64,000 nucleotides of DNA from an uncultured Acidobacteriota bacterium (GTDB lineage: Bacteria > Acidobacteriota > Thermoanaerobaculia > Multivoradales > UBA5704): positions 3,648,001 through 3,712,000 of the forward strand of contig OY969474.1 in NCBI GenBank assembly GCA_963700145.1, written 5' to 3'. Position 1 is the stretch's first letter. Every line of letters starts with the position of its first letter. The notes under the pieces are model-generated. The model did not search any database. It had not been told where the DNA came from and saw only the letters and a list, made by a program, of their open reading frames with translations. The position numbers were made by a program, and so were the translations under genes. Below are positions 18,470-26,833 of the stretch, piece by piece.

Positions 18470-20270
18470 CCGTGCGCTCGCGACGGTTGCCGTTTTGGCC
18501 TTCCTGCTCGGATCGGAAGCAAGCGCCCTGACCAGGGAGGGTCTGGACCTCGTGCTGCTCGTCGATCGATCGCAGAGCATGGCCAGGCAGGGCCTCGGGC
18601 CTTCCGGCGATCCTGACGACGTCCGCGACCTCCTGCTCTCTCTCGTCGTCGGCCTCGTGGGCCGGAGCTCCGATGTCAATCAGATGAGCCATCGCATCGC
18701 CGTGGTGAGCTTCGGGTCCAAGGCGCGCGTCGATCTCCCGCTGTCCGCAGTGCGAGGAGAGGACGTCCCAGGCTTGCGCCAGGCCATCGGGACGATCCGC
18801 TCGCCGGACAGCCTCGGCAACACCGACTTCCTCTCCGCCTTCCTGGCGGCGGCGGACGTGCTCGGCCCTTCGGCAGCCGCCACGCAGCGCAGGCGCGCGA
18901 TCCTGCTCATCACTGACGGTGTGCCTTACGGACGCCGACGCAATCCCGACGTGGACCTCCAGGAGCTTCGCAGCTCCCTGCCTTCCGTCGGCCCGTCCCC
19001 GCAGATCGCGCTCCACGTCCTCCTGACACCTTCTTCGGGACACACGCGGGAGCGTTACCGACGCATTTGGCGGGAGGTCGCCGAGGGGCGGGTCCACGAG
19101 CTTGCCGGCGACCGCACCGAAGTCCTGACCACGCTGCACGAGGCGGTGGCGCACGTCCTGGGGACCCGCTTCGAGGAGAGCCGTTCCGCGCCGGAGGGAG
19201 GAGGGATCGAGACCGTCGTCCTGCCGCCCTATCTCGAGCTCGTGGTCTTCGACGTCGTCGGTGGAGCATCGGGGAAGGAGGTGGAGATCTTCGCTCCCGG
19301 CACTCCCCACCGGCCGCTCCTCGCCGGCGCTCGGGGTGTCGAGGAGGTCCGTCTGGGCCGACTCATCCGCACGGTGGCCGTCCGCCGGCCCAGCATGGGC
19401 CGCTGGAGCTTCCACAAGCCGGCTGCGGAGGCGAGGGTGAAGGTTCTCTCTCAGCAGTTCTTCCCGCGCGGGATGCTGCTCGAGCCGGGGAGCGACCGGC
19501 GAATCCGGCAGCATGGACGAATCTCCCTCGCCTATCGCTTGATCGACCGGGGAGGCTCTCCCCTGCGAGAGATCCCCGGCTATCCCCTGTCGCTCAGCCT
19601 TTCGCTGGTGAGACCGGACGGACGACGTTCTGCCTTGCCGATGAGGCGTCGAACGTCCGGGGTGTTCAGGTCGCGGCAGGAAGCCGCGTGCGATCTCTCC
19701 GGCCGCTACTGGACCGAAGCGGAGGTCGTCACCCGGGATCTCGAGGACCGCAGGGTCGAGGTCTTCCGCGACCACTGGTCGGGTTTTGCGGTCCATCGCG
19801 CAAGGCGCATCGATTGCCGGGTGACGGCGCCCCGGCCGCGCCAGTTGGTGTCGTTCGGCAACCTGTTTCGCCGGCGCGTCGCGACCCGGCTCGAATGTCT
19901 CGACGATGCCGCGCGGCCGGTCGATCTCGAGGCGGTCGTGAGAGGGCCGCTCGATCGGCTCTTCGCGCCGGCCTTGTCGCGGGAGGGGCGGCGGACCGCG
20001 GCGGCGCTCGACCTCGCTTCTCTCGGCCAAGGCGTGCTCGCGGGCTCGCTGCGGGGCGCGGCGGCACCCGGCTCTTACCGGCTGGAGCTGAAGGTTGACG
20101 AGGCGCGGCTCGCCGGCGATTACAGCATCCGCGTCGTGCCGCCGGCCGTACACTTCGTGAGCTACCTGAGCTGGAGCGACTACGTGCAATTCAGCCTCTT
20201 GGGCGTCGGGCTCGTGCTGCCGCTTGCCAAGATCTCGAGGCGGTACACTCGAGGAGCCCGCCGAACGTGA
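18459..20270 (+). CDS. Exported von Willebrand factor A domain protein with C-terminal membrane anchor
   Basis: Signal ending ASA; MIDAS DLVLLVDRSQSM, GNTDF, ILLITDG; C-terminal hydrophobic segment with basic tail. Confidence 0.85.
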   Translation: MARNRALATVAVLAFLLGSEASALTREGLDLVLLVDRSQSMARQGLGPSGDPDDVRDLLLSLVVGLVGRSSDVNQMSHRIAVVSFGSKARVDLPLSAVRGEDVPGLRQAIGTIRSPDSLGNTDFLSAFLAAADVLGPSAAATQRRRAILLITDGVPYGRRRNPDVDLQELRSSLPSVGPSPQIALHVLLTPSSGHTRERYRRIWREVAEGRVHELAGDRTEVLTTLHEAVAHVLGTRFEESRSAPEGGGIETVVLPPYLELVVFDVVGGASGKEVEIFAPGTPHRPLLAGARGVEEVRLGRLIRTVAVRRPSMGRWSFHKPAAEARVKVLSQQFFPRGMLLEPGSDRRIRQHGRISLAYRLIDRGGSPLREIPGYPLSLSLSLVRPDGRRSALPMRRRTSGVFRSRQEAACDLSGRYWTEAEVVTRDLEDRRVEVFRDHWSGFAVHRARRIDCRVTAPRPRQLVSFGNLFRRRVATRLECLDDAARPVDLEAVVRGPLDRLFAPALSREGRRTAAALDLASLGQGVLAGSLRGAAAPGSYRLELKVDEARLAGDYSIRVVPPAVHFVSYLSWSDYVQFSLLGVGLVLPLAKISRRYTRGARRT

Positions 20271-21511
20271 GAGCCATGCGACGATTCGGTCTCTGCGCGG
20301 GGATCGCCTGCGCGCTCCTTTCGATCCATTGCACCGCGATCGCCGGAGACCTCGCGTTCACTCCCTCGCCGGAGCTCTCGGCCGGTATCTTCATCGGCGT
20401 CGAAAAGTTCTCCTACGACTTCTCGCTGGCGGACGTCCGCTTTGCCACGAATGACGCGGTCGACCTCGCCTACTCGCTCTCCATCGAGCGCCAGCTTCTC
20501 GAACCCAAACGAGTGCTTCTGCTGCTTGCCGGGGAGCCGGGCCCCGCAGCGCAAGCGCGCCTCGCCGCGCTGACCTCGGCCGGCGCCACGAGACTGGAGG
20601 CGACGCAGGCTTACATCTATTCCCTCGTGAAACAGCAGGCCGAGTCGGTGAGGGAAGGCGGTGTTCTCGTGGTCTTCATCGCGACGCACGGCTTCGCCGA
20701 AGGCCCGGAGCACCTGCTGATGGCTGGAGATTCGATCCTGACCTTTCGGACCGGCATCACGGCCGAAAGGCTCCTGCAAGCCATGCAGTTGGAGCTGGGC
20801 GGCCAGCGTCTCCTCCTCATCGACGCGTGCCGTGAGGAACTGGAGAAGCCCTCCCGCCGTGGCTCTGGGGCTGGCGAAAAGCCGGATCGCCGATCGGCCA
20901 TGCGCAACGAGCTGCTCAACGCGGTGACGGCGAACAGAGGGTACACGGTGTTTTCGGCCGCAAGCCCTGGCGAATTCGCGTACCCTGAGGGGGTCGCGAA
21001 CCTTGATGGGAACGGATACTTTACGAAGAGCATCGTCGATGGTCTGGAATGCGGAGGCTTGCGTGCCAAAGGGCGCGCCGTGAGCTGGTCGACCCTTAGC
21101 ACCTCGGTGAAGGCGGAGGTCGCTGCCCGGACGAAAGGCCAGCAGCAGCCGGATCTCCGCGTCGGCGGCGGATTTCGCGACTTCCAGTTCCCTGCTTGTG
21201 GCGCATCGGCGCCACCGCGTCCAGTGAGCCCTTCGCTCAGCCCGGAGATGTTGCAGACGATCCGGGAGGCGCGGAACCTTGCGGCCACCGGCAGCGCCGA
21301 GAACGTCGAGAAGAGCTTCCGCATCTATCGACAGATCTTCGAGGAGCTGCCACCCGCGACTCTGGCCACCCTGAATCAAGCCCTGGTCGCGCGGGCGCAG
21401 CAACTGGAACCCGACAGTCGGGCAGACGCGGGCGTCCGGCTCTACGAGCAGCTCCTGGAGCCCTTGCTCGCGCTAGCCGACAAATCTCACCAGCGGGAGC
21501 GTTTCCCATGA
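20267..21511 (+). CDS. Second exported caspase-family (peptidase C14) protein
   Basis: GTGA overlap; signal peptide; IFIGVEKF, FATNDAV, FIATHG (His), LIDACR (Cys), SAASPGEFA, NGYFTKSI, QQP; helical C-terminus. Confidence 0.85.
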   Translation: MRAMRRFGLCAGIACALLSIHCTAIAGDLAFTPSPELSAGIFIGVEKFSYDFSLADVRFATNDAVDLAYSLSIERQLLEPKRVLLLLAGEPGPAAQARLAALTSAGATRLEATQAYIYSLVKQQAESVREGGVLVVFIATHGFAEGPEHLLMAGDSILTFRTGITAERLLQAMQLELGGQRLLLIDACREELEKPSRRGSGAGEKPDRRSAMRNELLNAVTANRGYTVFSAASPGEFAYPEGVANLDGNGYFTKSIVDGLECGGLRAKGRAVSWSTLSTSVKAEVAARTKGQQQPDLRVGGGFRDFQFPACGASAPPRPVSPSLSPEMLQTIREARNLAATGSAENVEKSFRIYRQIFEELPPATLATLNQALVARAQQLEPDSRADAGVRLYEQLLEPLLALADKSHQRERFP

Positions 21512-21978
21512 TCTGGAAAGCTTCGGTCCCCGTCACCTGTCTTCTTGCCCTTGTCGGTGCAGTCGTGCCGGCAGGCAACCGCAGCGGCGAACCAGGCTGT
21601 CGCGTCGAGATCACGGAGCCACGAGTCGGACAGGAAGTGGCTGGCAGGATCTCTGTGAAGGGAACCGGCTCACGGCCTCCAGGCACCTACCTCTGGATCT
21701 TTCTGCGGCGGTGGGACTTCGAGCCCCGCTGGTGGCCTCAGGGCGAGGCACTGTGGGACGAGGAGAAGCAGGAATGGCGCGGGTTCGCGACCTTGGGCAA
21801 GCGGGTGGATATCGGATGGGAATTTGATCTGACCGTCGCCGGGGTCGGACCGGAAGATCATCTGCAACTCACCGATTACATGACCCGAGGGATGGAGACG
21901 GGAAGGTTTCGGCCTATCCCGCTGCCATCGGCTGTCTGTGCTTCTGCTCCGATTCGAGTCATGAAAGGGAGCAAATAG
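21508..21978 (+). CDS. Small exported beta-rich (Ig-like?) hypothetical protein
   Basis: ATGA overlap with the caspase stop; signal peptide; VEITEP..ISVKGTG..YLWIFLR..WWPQG; two Cys in the mature part. Confidence 0.7.
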   Translation: MIWKASVPVTCLLALVGAVVPAGNRSGEPGCRVEITEPRVGQEVAGRISVKGTGSRPPGTYLWIFLRRWDFEPRWWPQGEALWDEEKQEWRGFATLGKRVDIGWEFDLTVAGVGPEDHLQLTDYMTRGMETGRFRPIPLPSAVCASAPIRVMKGSK

Positions 21979-22016
21979 TCCACCGGCGCTGGTTCGGCGT
22001 CCCCCGATGCGGGCTC

Positions 22017-22931
22017 TTGCTCCTTACGCTTGCGCCGCTGAGCGCCTGCGTCGATCACTATCTCGTCCACCCCCGCCGGCCGCCGGTGGGCGTGGTGGCG
22101 CACAGCGAGGCGATGGTGCGCGGGAAGCTGTTGATCCGGCTGGAGTGGGCGCGGCCGATCGGCGAGGGGCGATACCCGGCGGTGATCGTCCATCCGGAGG
22201 CGGGGCACCTGGCGCGAGAGATGCGCGGCGTGGTGCGCGACCTTGCGGCGCGTGGCTACGTGGCGGTGGCGGCGGATTACCGGCGGGCGGTCGGGAGCAC
22301 GTACCGCGACACGCTCTTCACCTGGCGCGACCCCGGCGACCCGCGCGCCGTCTTCGACCGCGTGCGCGGCGACCGCCGCGTCGACCCCGCGCGCATCGGC
22401 CTCCTCGGCTTCTCGCAAGGCGGCGTCTATAGCCTGGTCATCGCCGCCGAGACGGGCGGCGCGGCGGCGGTCGTCGCCTACTACCCAGTGACCGACTTCG
22501 AGCGCTGGCTCGACGACCCGTCGCGCCGCCGGCGCGAGCGGTGGGTGTTCCGCCTGATCCGCCGGCACTTAGTCCGCCAGTCGGGCGCCGCGACCGAAGA
22601 GGAGTTCCGCACCCTCCTCGCCCGCGCCTCGCCCCTCCGCCACGCCGACCGCATCCGCGCCCCGGTCCTCTTGGTGCACGGTACCCGCGACCGCTCCGCG
22701 AGCGTCGAGGAATCCCGCCGCCTAGCCGCCCGCCTCCGAGAGCTCGGCCGCCCCGTCGAGCTGCTGGAGGTCCCGGACGCCGGCCACGTCTTCAACTTCC
22801 GCAACCGCGAGAAGGCCGCGCTGGCCTGGGAGGCCACGGTCGCCTTCCTCGACCGGCACGTGAAGGTGAAGTTCGCCTACTCTCCGACCTCTCCCAGCGC
22901 GGCCCGGACCAATTGGCGCCGGGCCTGCTGA
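22017..22931 (+). CDS. Alpha/beta hydrolase (dienelactone hydrolase / S9-like), probable lipoprotein
   Basis: GFSQGG nucleophile elbow, HGTRD, DAGHVF triad; LSAC lipobox. Start uncertain. Confidence 0.82.
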   Translation: MLLTLAPLSACVDHYLVHPRRPPVGVVAHSEAMVRGKLLIRLEWARPIGEGRYPAVIVHPEAGHLAREMRGVVRDLAARGYVAVAADYRRAVGSTYRDTLFTWRDPGDPRAVFDRVRGDRRVDPARIGLLGFSQGGVYSLVIAAETGGAAAVVAYYPVTDFERWLDDPSRRRRERWVFRLIRRHLVRQSGAATEEEFRTLLARASPLRHADRIRAPVLLVHGTRDRSASVEESRRLAARLRELGRPVELLEVPDAGHVFNFRNREKAALAWEATVAFLDRHVKVKFAYSPTSPSAARTNWRRAC

Positions 22932-23233
22932 TCGTCCAACACCGCTTCGTACGAAGGCCGCCGGCGCGCCAGCGCCAGCACCTGGGCTTCGCCGGCTCCC
23001 AAGTCCCAGGCTGCGATCTCTTCCGGCAGCGGTACGTCCGGTTCTACGCGAAGCCAACTGGCCTCGCCGAGTGTCGTGAGCTCCGGATGAAGGTCCTTAC
23101 CGGCGAGCACCTCGCGGAGGACGGCCGCAGGGACGACCACCCCGGCAGCGAGCCCGGGCAGAAGGAAGAGCCGGTCGATGCGCGACAGGAAGATCAGCGG
23201 TGAGGCGTTGACGACGAGCGATCTCTCATCCAC
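22877..23233 (-). CDS. PIN-domain protein, DUF3368-like; apparently shortened (possible pseudogene)
   Basis: VVNASPLIFL, VPAAVLREV, LGAGEAQVLALA, VLDDQQARR; the GTLG-containing segment usual for the family is absent. Confidence 0.7.
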   Translation of the reverse strand: MDERSLVVNASPLIFLSRIDRLFLLPGLAAGVVVPAAVLREVLAGKDLHPELTTLGEASWLRVEPDVPLPEEIAAWDLGAGEAQVLALARRRPSYEAVLDDQQARRQLVRAALGEVGE

Positions 23234-23477
23234 GCCCGAGCTCCTCGCGGAGCTCCTCCACTGTGATCTGGATCGCGGGCACCTTGCGGCGGAACAGCTC
23301 GTCGAGGAAGCGGGCGCGGTCGAGCCCCGCGATCTCGGCGGCCTTGCCCTGCGAGATCAGGCCCTGCGAGTACCAGTGGATCGCGGCCGCGAGCCGCATC
23401 TCGTCGGCAAACTCCTCGGGAGATTTGCGCAGCGCCGAGAAGATGTCCGGCGGGAAATCGAAGACGACGCGAGCCAT
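23226..23477 (-). CDS. UPF0175-family antitoxin
   Basis: ATG 23477; EMRLAAAIHWYSQGLISQGKAAEIAGLDRARFLDEL..EELREEL; overlaps the PIN gene start. Confidence 0.82.
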   Translation of the reverse strand: MARVVFDFPPDIFSALRKSPEEFADEMRLAAAIHWYSQGLISQGKAAEIAGLDRARFLDELFRRKVPAIQITVEELREELGRG

Positions 23478-23517
23478 CAAGGCACTCCTCTCAGAGTGAT
23501 CATAGTCCTCTAGTAGC

Positions 23518-24447
23518 ATGCCCGCGGCCATGACCCCGACCCTCGAGCTGCGCGACGTGCGCAAGACGTATGGCGACGTCGCCGCGGTGCGCGGGGTCAC
23601 GTTCTCCGTGCCGGCGGGGACGATCTCCGGGCTCCTGGGGCCGAACGGGGCGGGGAAGACGACGACCATTCGGATGATCATGGACATCATCGCCCCGGAT
23701 ACGGGCGAGGTGCTGGTCTTCGGGCACCCGCGGACGCGGGAGGACTTGCGGCGGATCGGGTACCTGCCGGAGGAGCGGGGGCTCTACCGCAAGATGACGG
23801 TGGTGGACCAGCTCGTCTACCTGGGCGAGCTGCGCGGCATGAAGCGCCGAGAGTCGCTGCCGCGGATCGTCGAGTGGCTGGAGCGGGTGGGGCTCTCGGC
23901 GTGGGGGAAGAGGAAGATCGAGGAGCTGTCGAAGGGGATGCAGCAGAAGGTGCAGCTCGTCGGCACGGTGCTCCACGAGCCCGACCTCCTGGTCCTCGAC
24001 GAGCCCTTCGCCGGCCTCGACCCAATCAACCAGTCGCTCTTCCGCGACCTCCTGCTCGATTACCGGCGGCGCGGCAAGACGGTCGTCCTCTCGACCCACG
24101 GCATGCTCCTGGCCGAGAAGCTCTGCGACCACATCTGCCTGATCTCGGCCGGGGAGGTGGTGCTGGCCGGCGAGCTGCGCGCGATCCGCCGGCGGCTGGG
24201 CGGCAACGCCTACCGGCTGCGCGCCGCCAATCCCCAGCAGCTCGACCTCGACCGGCTCGCCGAGGTGCCGGGGATCGAGCGCGCGGCGGTCGCGGACGGC
24301 ATGGTCAAGCTCCTCCTCGCCCCCGGCGCCGACGGCGGCCGGGTGCTGCGCGACCTGGTCGGCTTCCTCGACGTCGAGGAGTTCCGCAGCGAGGAGCCGG
24401 ACCTCGAGGAGATCTTCATCAAGGCGGTGAGCGGTGCGGCCGTCTGA
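23518..24447 (+). CDS. ABC-2 exporter ATP-binding subunit (NatA/YhaQ-like)
   Basis: GPNGAGKTT, GYLPEERGLY, LSKGMQQK, LDEPFAGLDP. Confidence 0.93.
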   Translation: MPAAMTPTLELRDVRKTYGDVAAVRGVTFSVPAGTISGLLGPNGAGKTTTIRMIMDIIAPDTGEVLVFGHPRTREDLRRIGYLPEERGLYRKMTVVDQLVYLGELRGMKRRESLPRIVEWLERVGLSAWGKRKIEELSKGMQQKVQLVGTVLHEPDLLVLDEPFAGLDPINQSLFRDLLLDYRRRGKTVVLSTHGMLLAEKLCDHICLISAGEVVLAGELRAIRRRLGGNAYRLRAANPQQLDLDRLAEVPGIERAAVADGMVKLLLAPGADGGRVLRDLVGFLDVEEFRSEEPDLEEIFIKAVSGAAV

Positions 24448-25714
24448 CGCCTACGTCGTCGGCAAGCGCGAGTACCTGGTCCGCATCAAGGGCTGGGGGT
24501 TCTGGGTTGCCACCTTCGGCCTGCCGCTCTTCCTGGCGGCGCTGATGGCGGTGCCGGCGCTGCTGATGACCCGCGGCCGCGCGGCGCAGCGGCTGGCGCT
24601 GGTGGACACGACCGGCGAGCTGGCGGGTCCGCTGCGCGAGCGGCTGGCGAGCGCCGAGCGCGAGGGGACGAGGGTCGTCGACTTCGACCTCCGCGTGCTG
24701 CCGCCGGGGCCCGAAGCGGCCGCGCAGCGCGCCCGCCTCGACCGCATGGCGCTCGCCGACGAGATCGACGCCTGGATCTGGCTCGACGAGGAGGAGCTCG
24801 AGCGCGGCCGCTTCGAGTACCACTCCGAGAGCGTCTCGTCCTGGCTCACGCAGGAGGTGCTGGAGGGCGTGGTCTCCGAGGTGGTCGGGGCCTGGCGGCT
24901 GCGCCGCGCCGGCTTCGACACCGAGAAGATCGCCGAGCTGAGCCGCGGCGTCGACCTGCGGACGGTCAAGGTGTCGGAGGCCGGCAGCAGCGCCGAAGGC
25001 GGCTTCGGCGGCGTCGTCCTGGCGATCTTCCTCTTCACCATCCTCTACGCGGTGCTCATCCTCTACGGCACCCAGGTGATGCAGGGGGTGCTCGAGGAGA
25101 AGACCTCGCGCATCGTCGAGGTGGTGACCTCGGCGGTGCGGCCGCTGGAGCTGATGCTCGGCAAGCTCGTCGGGATCTGCTGCGTCGGGCTGACGCAGGT
25201 GGCGATCTGGCTCGCCGCCGCGACGCTCTTGACCGCGCCGGGGGTCTTCGCCTTGCGCGGCATGCTGCCCGAAGGGCTCAACGTGCCGTCCTTCACGCCG
25301 GGCCTCGTCCTCCACTTCCTGGCGCTCTTCCTGATCGGCTTCTTCCTCTTCGCCACCCTCTACGCCATGGTCGGCGCCGCCACCAACAACATGCAGGAGG
25401 CGCAGCACCTGGCGAGCTTCGCCATCGTCTTCCTGGTGGCGCCGATGTTCTTCTTCATGCAGGTCATCAACGACCCCGACGGGCGGCTCGCGGTGGTGAC
25501 CTCGATGATCCCGTTCTTCATGCCGCTGGTCATGATGCTGCGCATCGCGGTCAAGACGCCGCCGATGTGGCAGCTCGCCGTGGCCTACACGCTCGCCATC
25601 GTCACGGCCTGCGGCCTGGTCTGGGTCTGCGCCCGGGTTTACCGCGTCGGGATCCTGATGTACGGCAAGCGCCCGACGCTGGCGGAGCTCTGGCGCTGGG
25701 TGCGCTATGCCTGA
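24434..25714 (+). CDS. ABC-2 exporter permease (NatB/YhaP-like)
   Basis: KREY, EEKTSRIVEV, LMLGKLVG, YRVGILMYGKRP; multiple TMs. Confidence 0.92.
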   Translation: MRPSDAYVVGKREYLVRIKGWGFWVATFGLPLFLAALMAVPALLMTRGRAAQRLALVDTTGELAGPLRERLASAEREGTRVVDFDLRVLPPGPEAAAQRARLDRMALADEIDAWIWLDEEELERGRFEYHSESVSSWLTQEVLEGVVSEVVGAWRLRRAGFDTEKIAELSRGVDLRTVKVSEAGSSAEGGFGGVVLAIFLFTILYAVLILYGTQVMQGVLEEKTSRIVEVVTSAVRPLELMLGKLVGICCVGLTQVAIWLAAATLLTAPGVFALRGMLPEGLNVPSFTPGLVLHFLALFLIGFFLFATLYAMVGAATNNMQEAQHLASFAIVFLVAPMFFFMQVINDPDGRLAVVTSMIPFFMPLVMMLRIAVKTPPMWQLAVAYTLAIVTACGLVWVCARVYRVGILMYGKRPTLAELWRWVRYA

Positions 25715-26139
25715 TGGGGCGAGCCGACCGTAAGCCGCCGCCGCCGAGCGACCCGGACGCCGGCGTCTGGCGCGGGCGCTCGGTGGCGCGCCGCTTCGTC
25801 TCGCCGGACGGGATGACGGTGCTCGTCGGGCGCACCGCCGCCGACAACGACATCCTCACCCTCGAGCTCGCCGCGCCGCGCGACTTCTGGCTCCACGTCG
25901 CGGCCGACTCCGGCTCGCACGTCGTGGTGCGCAACCCCGAGGGGCTCGAGCGGATGCCGCGCGAGACCGCCCGCTACGCCGCGGCGCTCGCCGCCGGGTA
26001 CTCGAAGCTCGCCGCCGGCGGTCGCACCGCGGTCCACGTCACGACGCGCGCCGAGGTCAGCAAGCCGCGCGGCTATCCGGCCGGGATGGTGCTCCTCGGG
26101 CGGTACACGACGGTCTACGCGCAGCCGGTCAAGAGTTAG
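25714..26139 (+). CDS. Stand-alone NFACT-R (DUF814) RNA-binding domain protein
   Basis: TGATG coupling; VLVGRTAADNDILT, DFWLHV..GSHVVVR, AAALAAGYSK, VSKPRG..GMV. Confidence 0.85.
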   Translation: MGRADRKPPPPSDPDAGVWRGRSVARRFVSPDGMTVLVGRTAADNDILTLELAAPRDFWLHVAADSGSHVVVRNPEGLERMPRETARYAAALAAGYSKLAAGGRTAVHVTTRAEVSKPRGYPAGMVLLGRYTTVYAQPVKS

Positions 26140-26149
26140 GCCTTCAGCT

Positions 26150-26241
26150 TGTCATCCCGAGCGCAGCCGAGGGATCTGGGCGGGGGGAACCGACGGCGCG
26201 CCACCCTGCCCCCAGATCCCTCGCTCACGCTCGGGATGACA
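26150..26241. repeat. REP-like palindromic element (inverted pair) between convergent genes
   Basis: TGTCATCCCGAGCGCAGCCGAGGGATCTGGG...CCCAGATCCCTCGCTCACGCTCGGGATGACA; single arms recur at 52935 and 54984. Confidence 0.85.
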
Positions 26242-26245
26242 GCAT

Positions 26246-26833
26246 TCACCAGGTCGGAAAGTGCGGGTCGTCGCGCACCCGCTCGGCCTGGAGCAGGTGG
26301 CGCTGTTGGTGGACGACGAGGAGGACCAGCGACTCGCCCAGCCGCAGGCGGAGGAGGCGGGTGATCGGCGAGCCGACGTGGAGGCGGTTGAGCGGCAGCC
26401 CCTCGGCGTCGCGCAGCAGGCCCGCGGTCGTCGCCTGGCCGGCCAGGAAGTGGCGCCAGGACTTGGGCGGCGGCTTGTCCTCGGGACGGAAGACCTTCGG
26501 GGCGCGGGCGCGATAGGCGCTTCCCGGCCGCATGGCGGAGATCATCCGCCGGCCGATCCAGGACTTGGCGATCGGCTCCTCGGCGCCGCGGCTCTTGCCG
26601 CGCGCCCGCGCCCGCTCGATCACCGGCCGCACCCGCCAGGCGTAGAGGGCGTCGGCGATCCGCAGGTGCTCGAAGCAGTGGGCGATCGACCAGCTCTCGA
26701 GGTTGGTGCGCCAGGTGAGCTGGTCGTCGGAGAGGCCGGTGCAGAGTCGCTCGGTCGCGCGCGAGACCTCCTCGAGGTCGGCGGCGAGGCTGCGGAGGTC
26801 CGGGGGGCGCCGCGGCGGAGCGGGCTCGCTCAC
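26246..26833 (-). CDS. DinB family protein
   Basis: GTGA overlap with the RecQ-like stop; [10 protein letters not shown] and HQQRHLLQ metal-binding histidines. Confidence 0.82.
   Translation of the reverse strand: MSEPAPPRRPPDLRSLAADLEEVSRATERLCTGLSDDQLTWRTNLESWSIAHCFEHLRIADALYAWRVRPVIERARARGKSRGAEEPIAKSWIGRRMISAMRPGSAYRARAPKVFRPEDKPPPKSWRHFLAGQATTAGLLRDAEGLPLNRLHVGSPITRLLRLRLGESLVLLVVHQQRHLLQAERVRDDPHFPTW

Noticed and set aside
16136-21978. vWA-MoxR ternary conflict system
   Set aside because: No MoxR AAA+ or VMAP-like gene seen, and the components appear exported.
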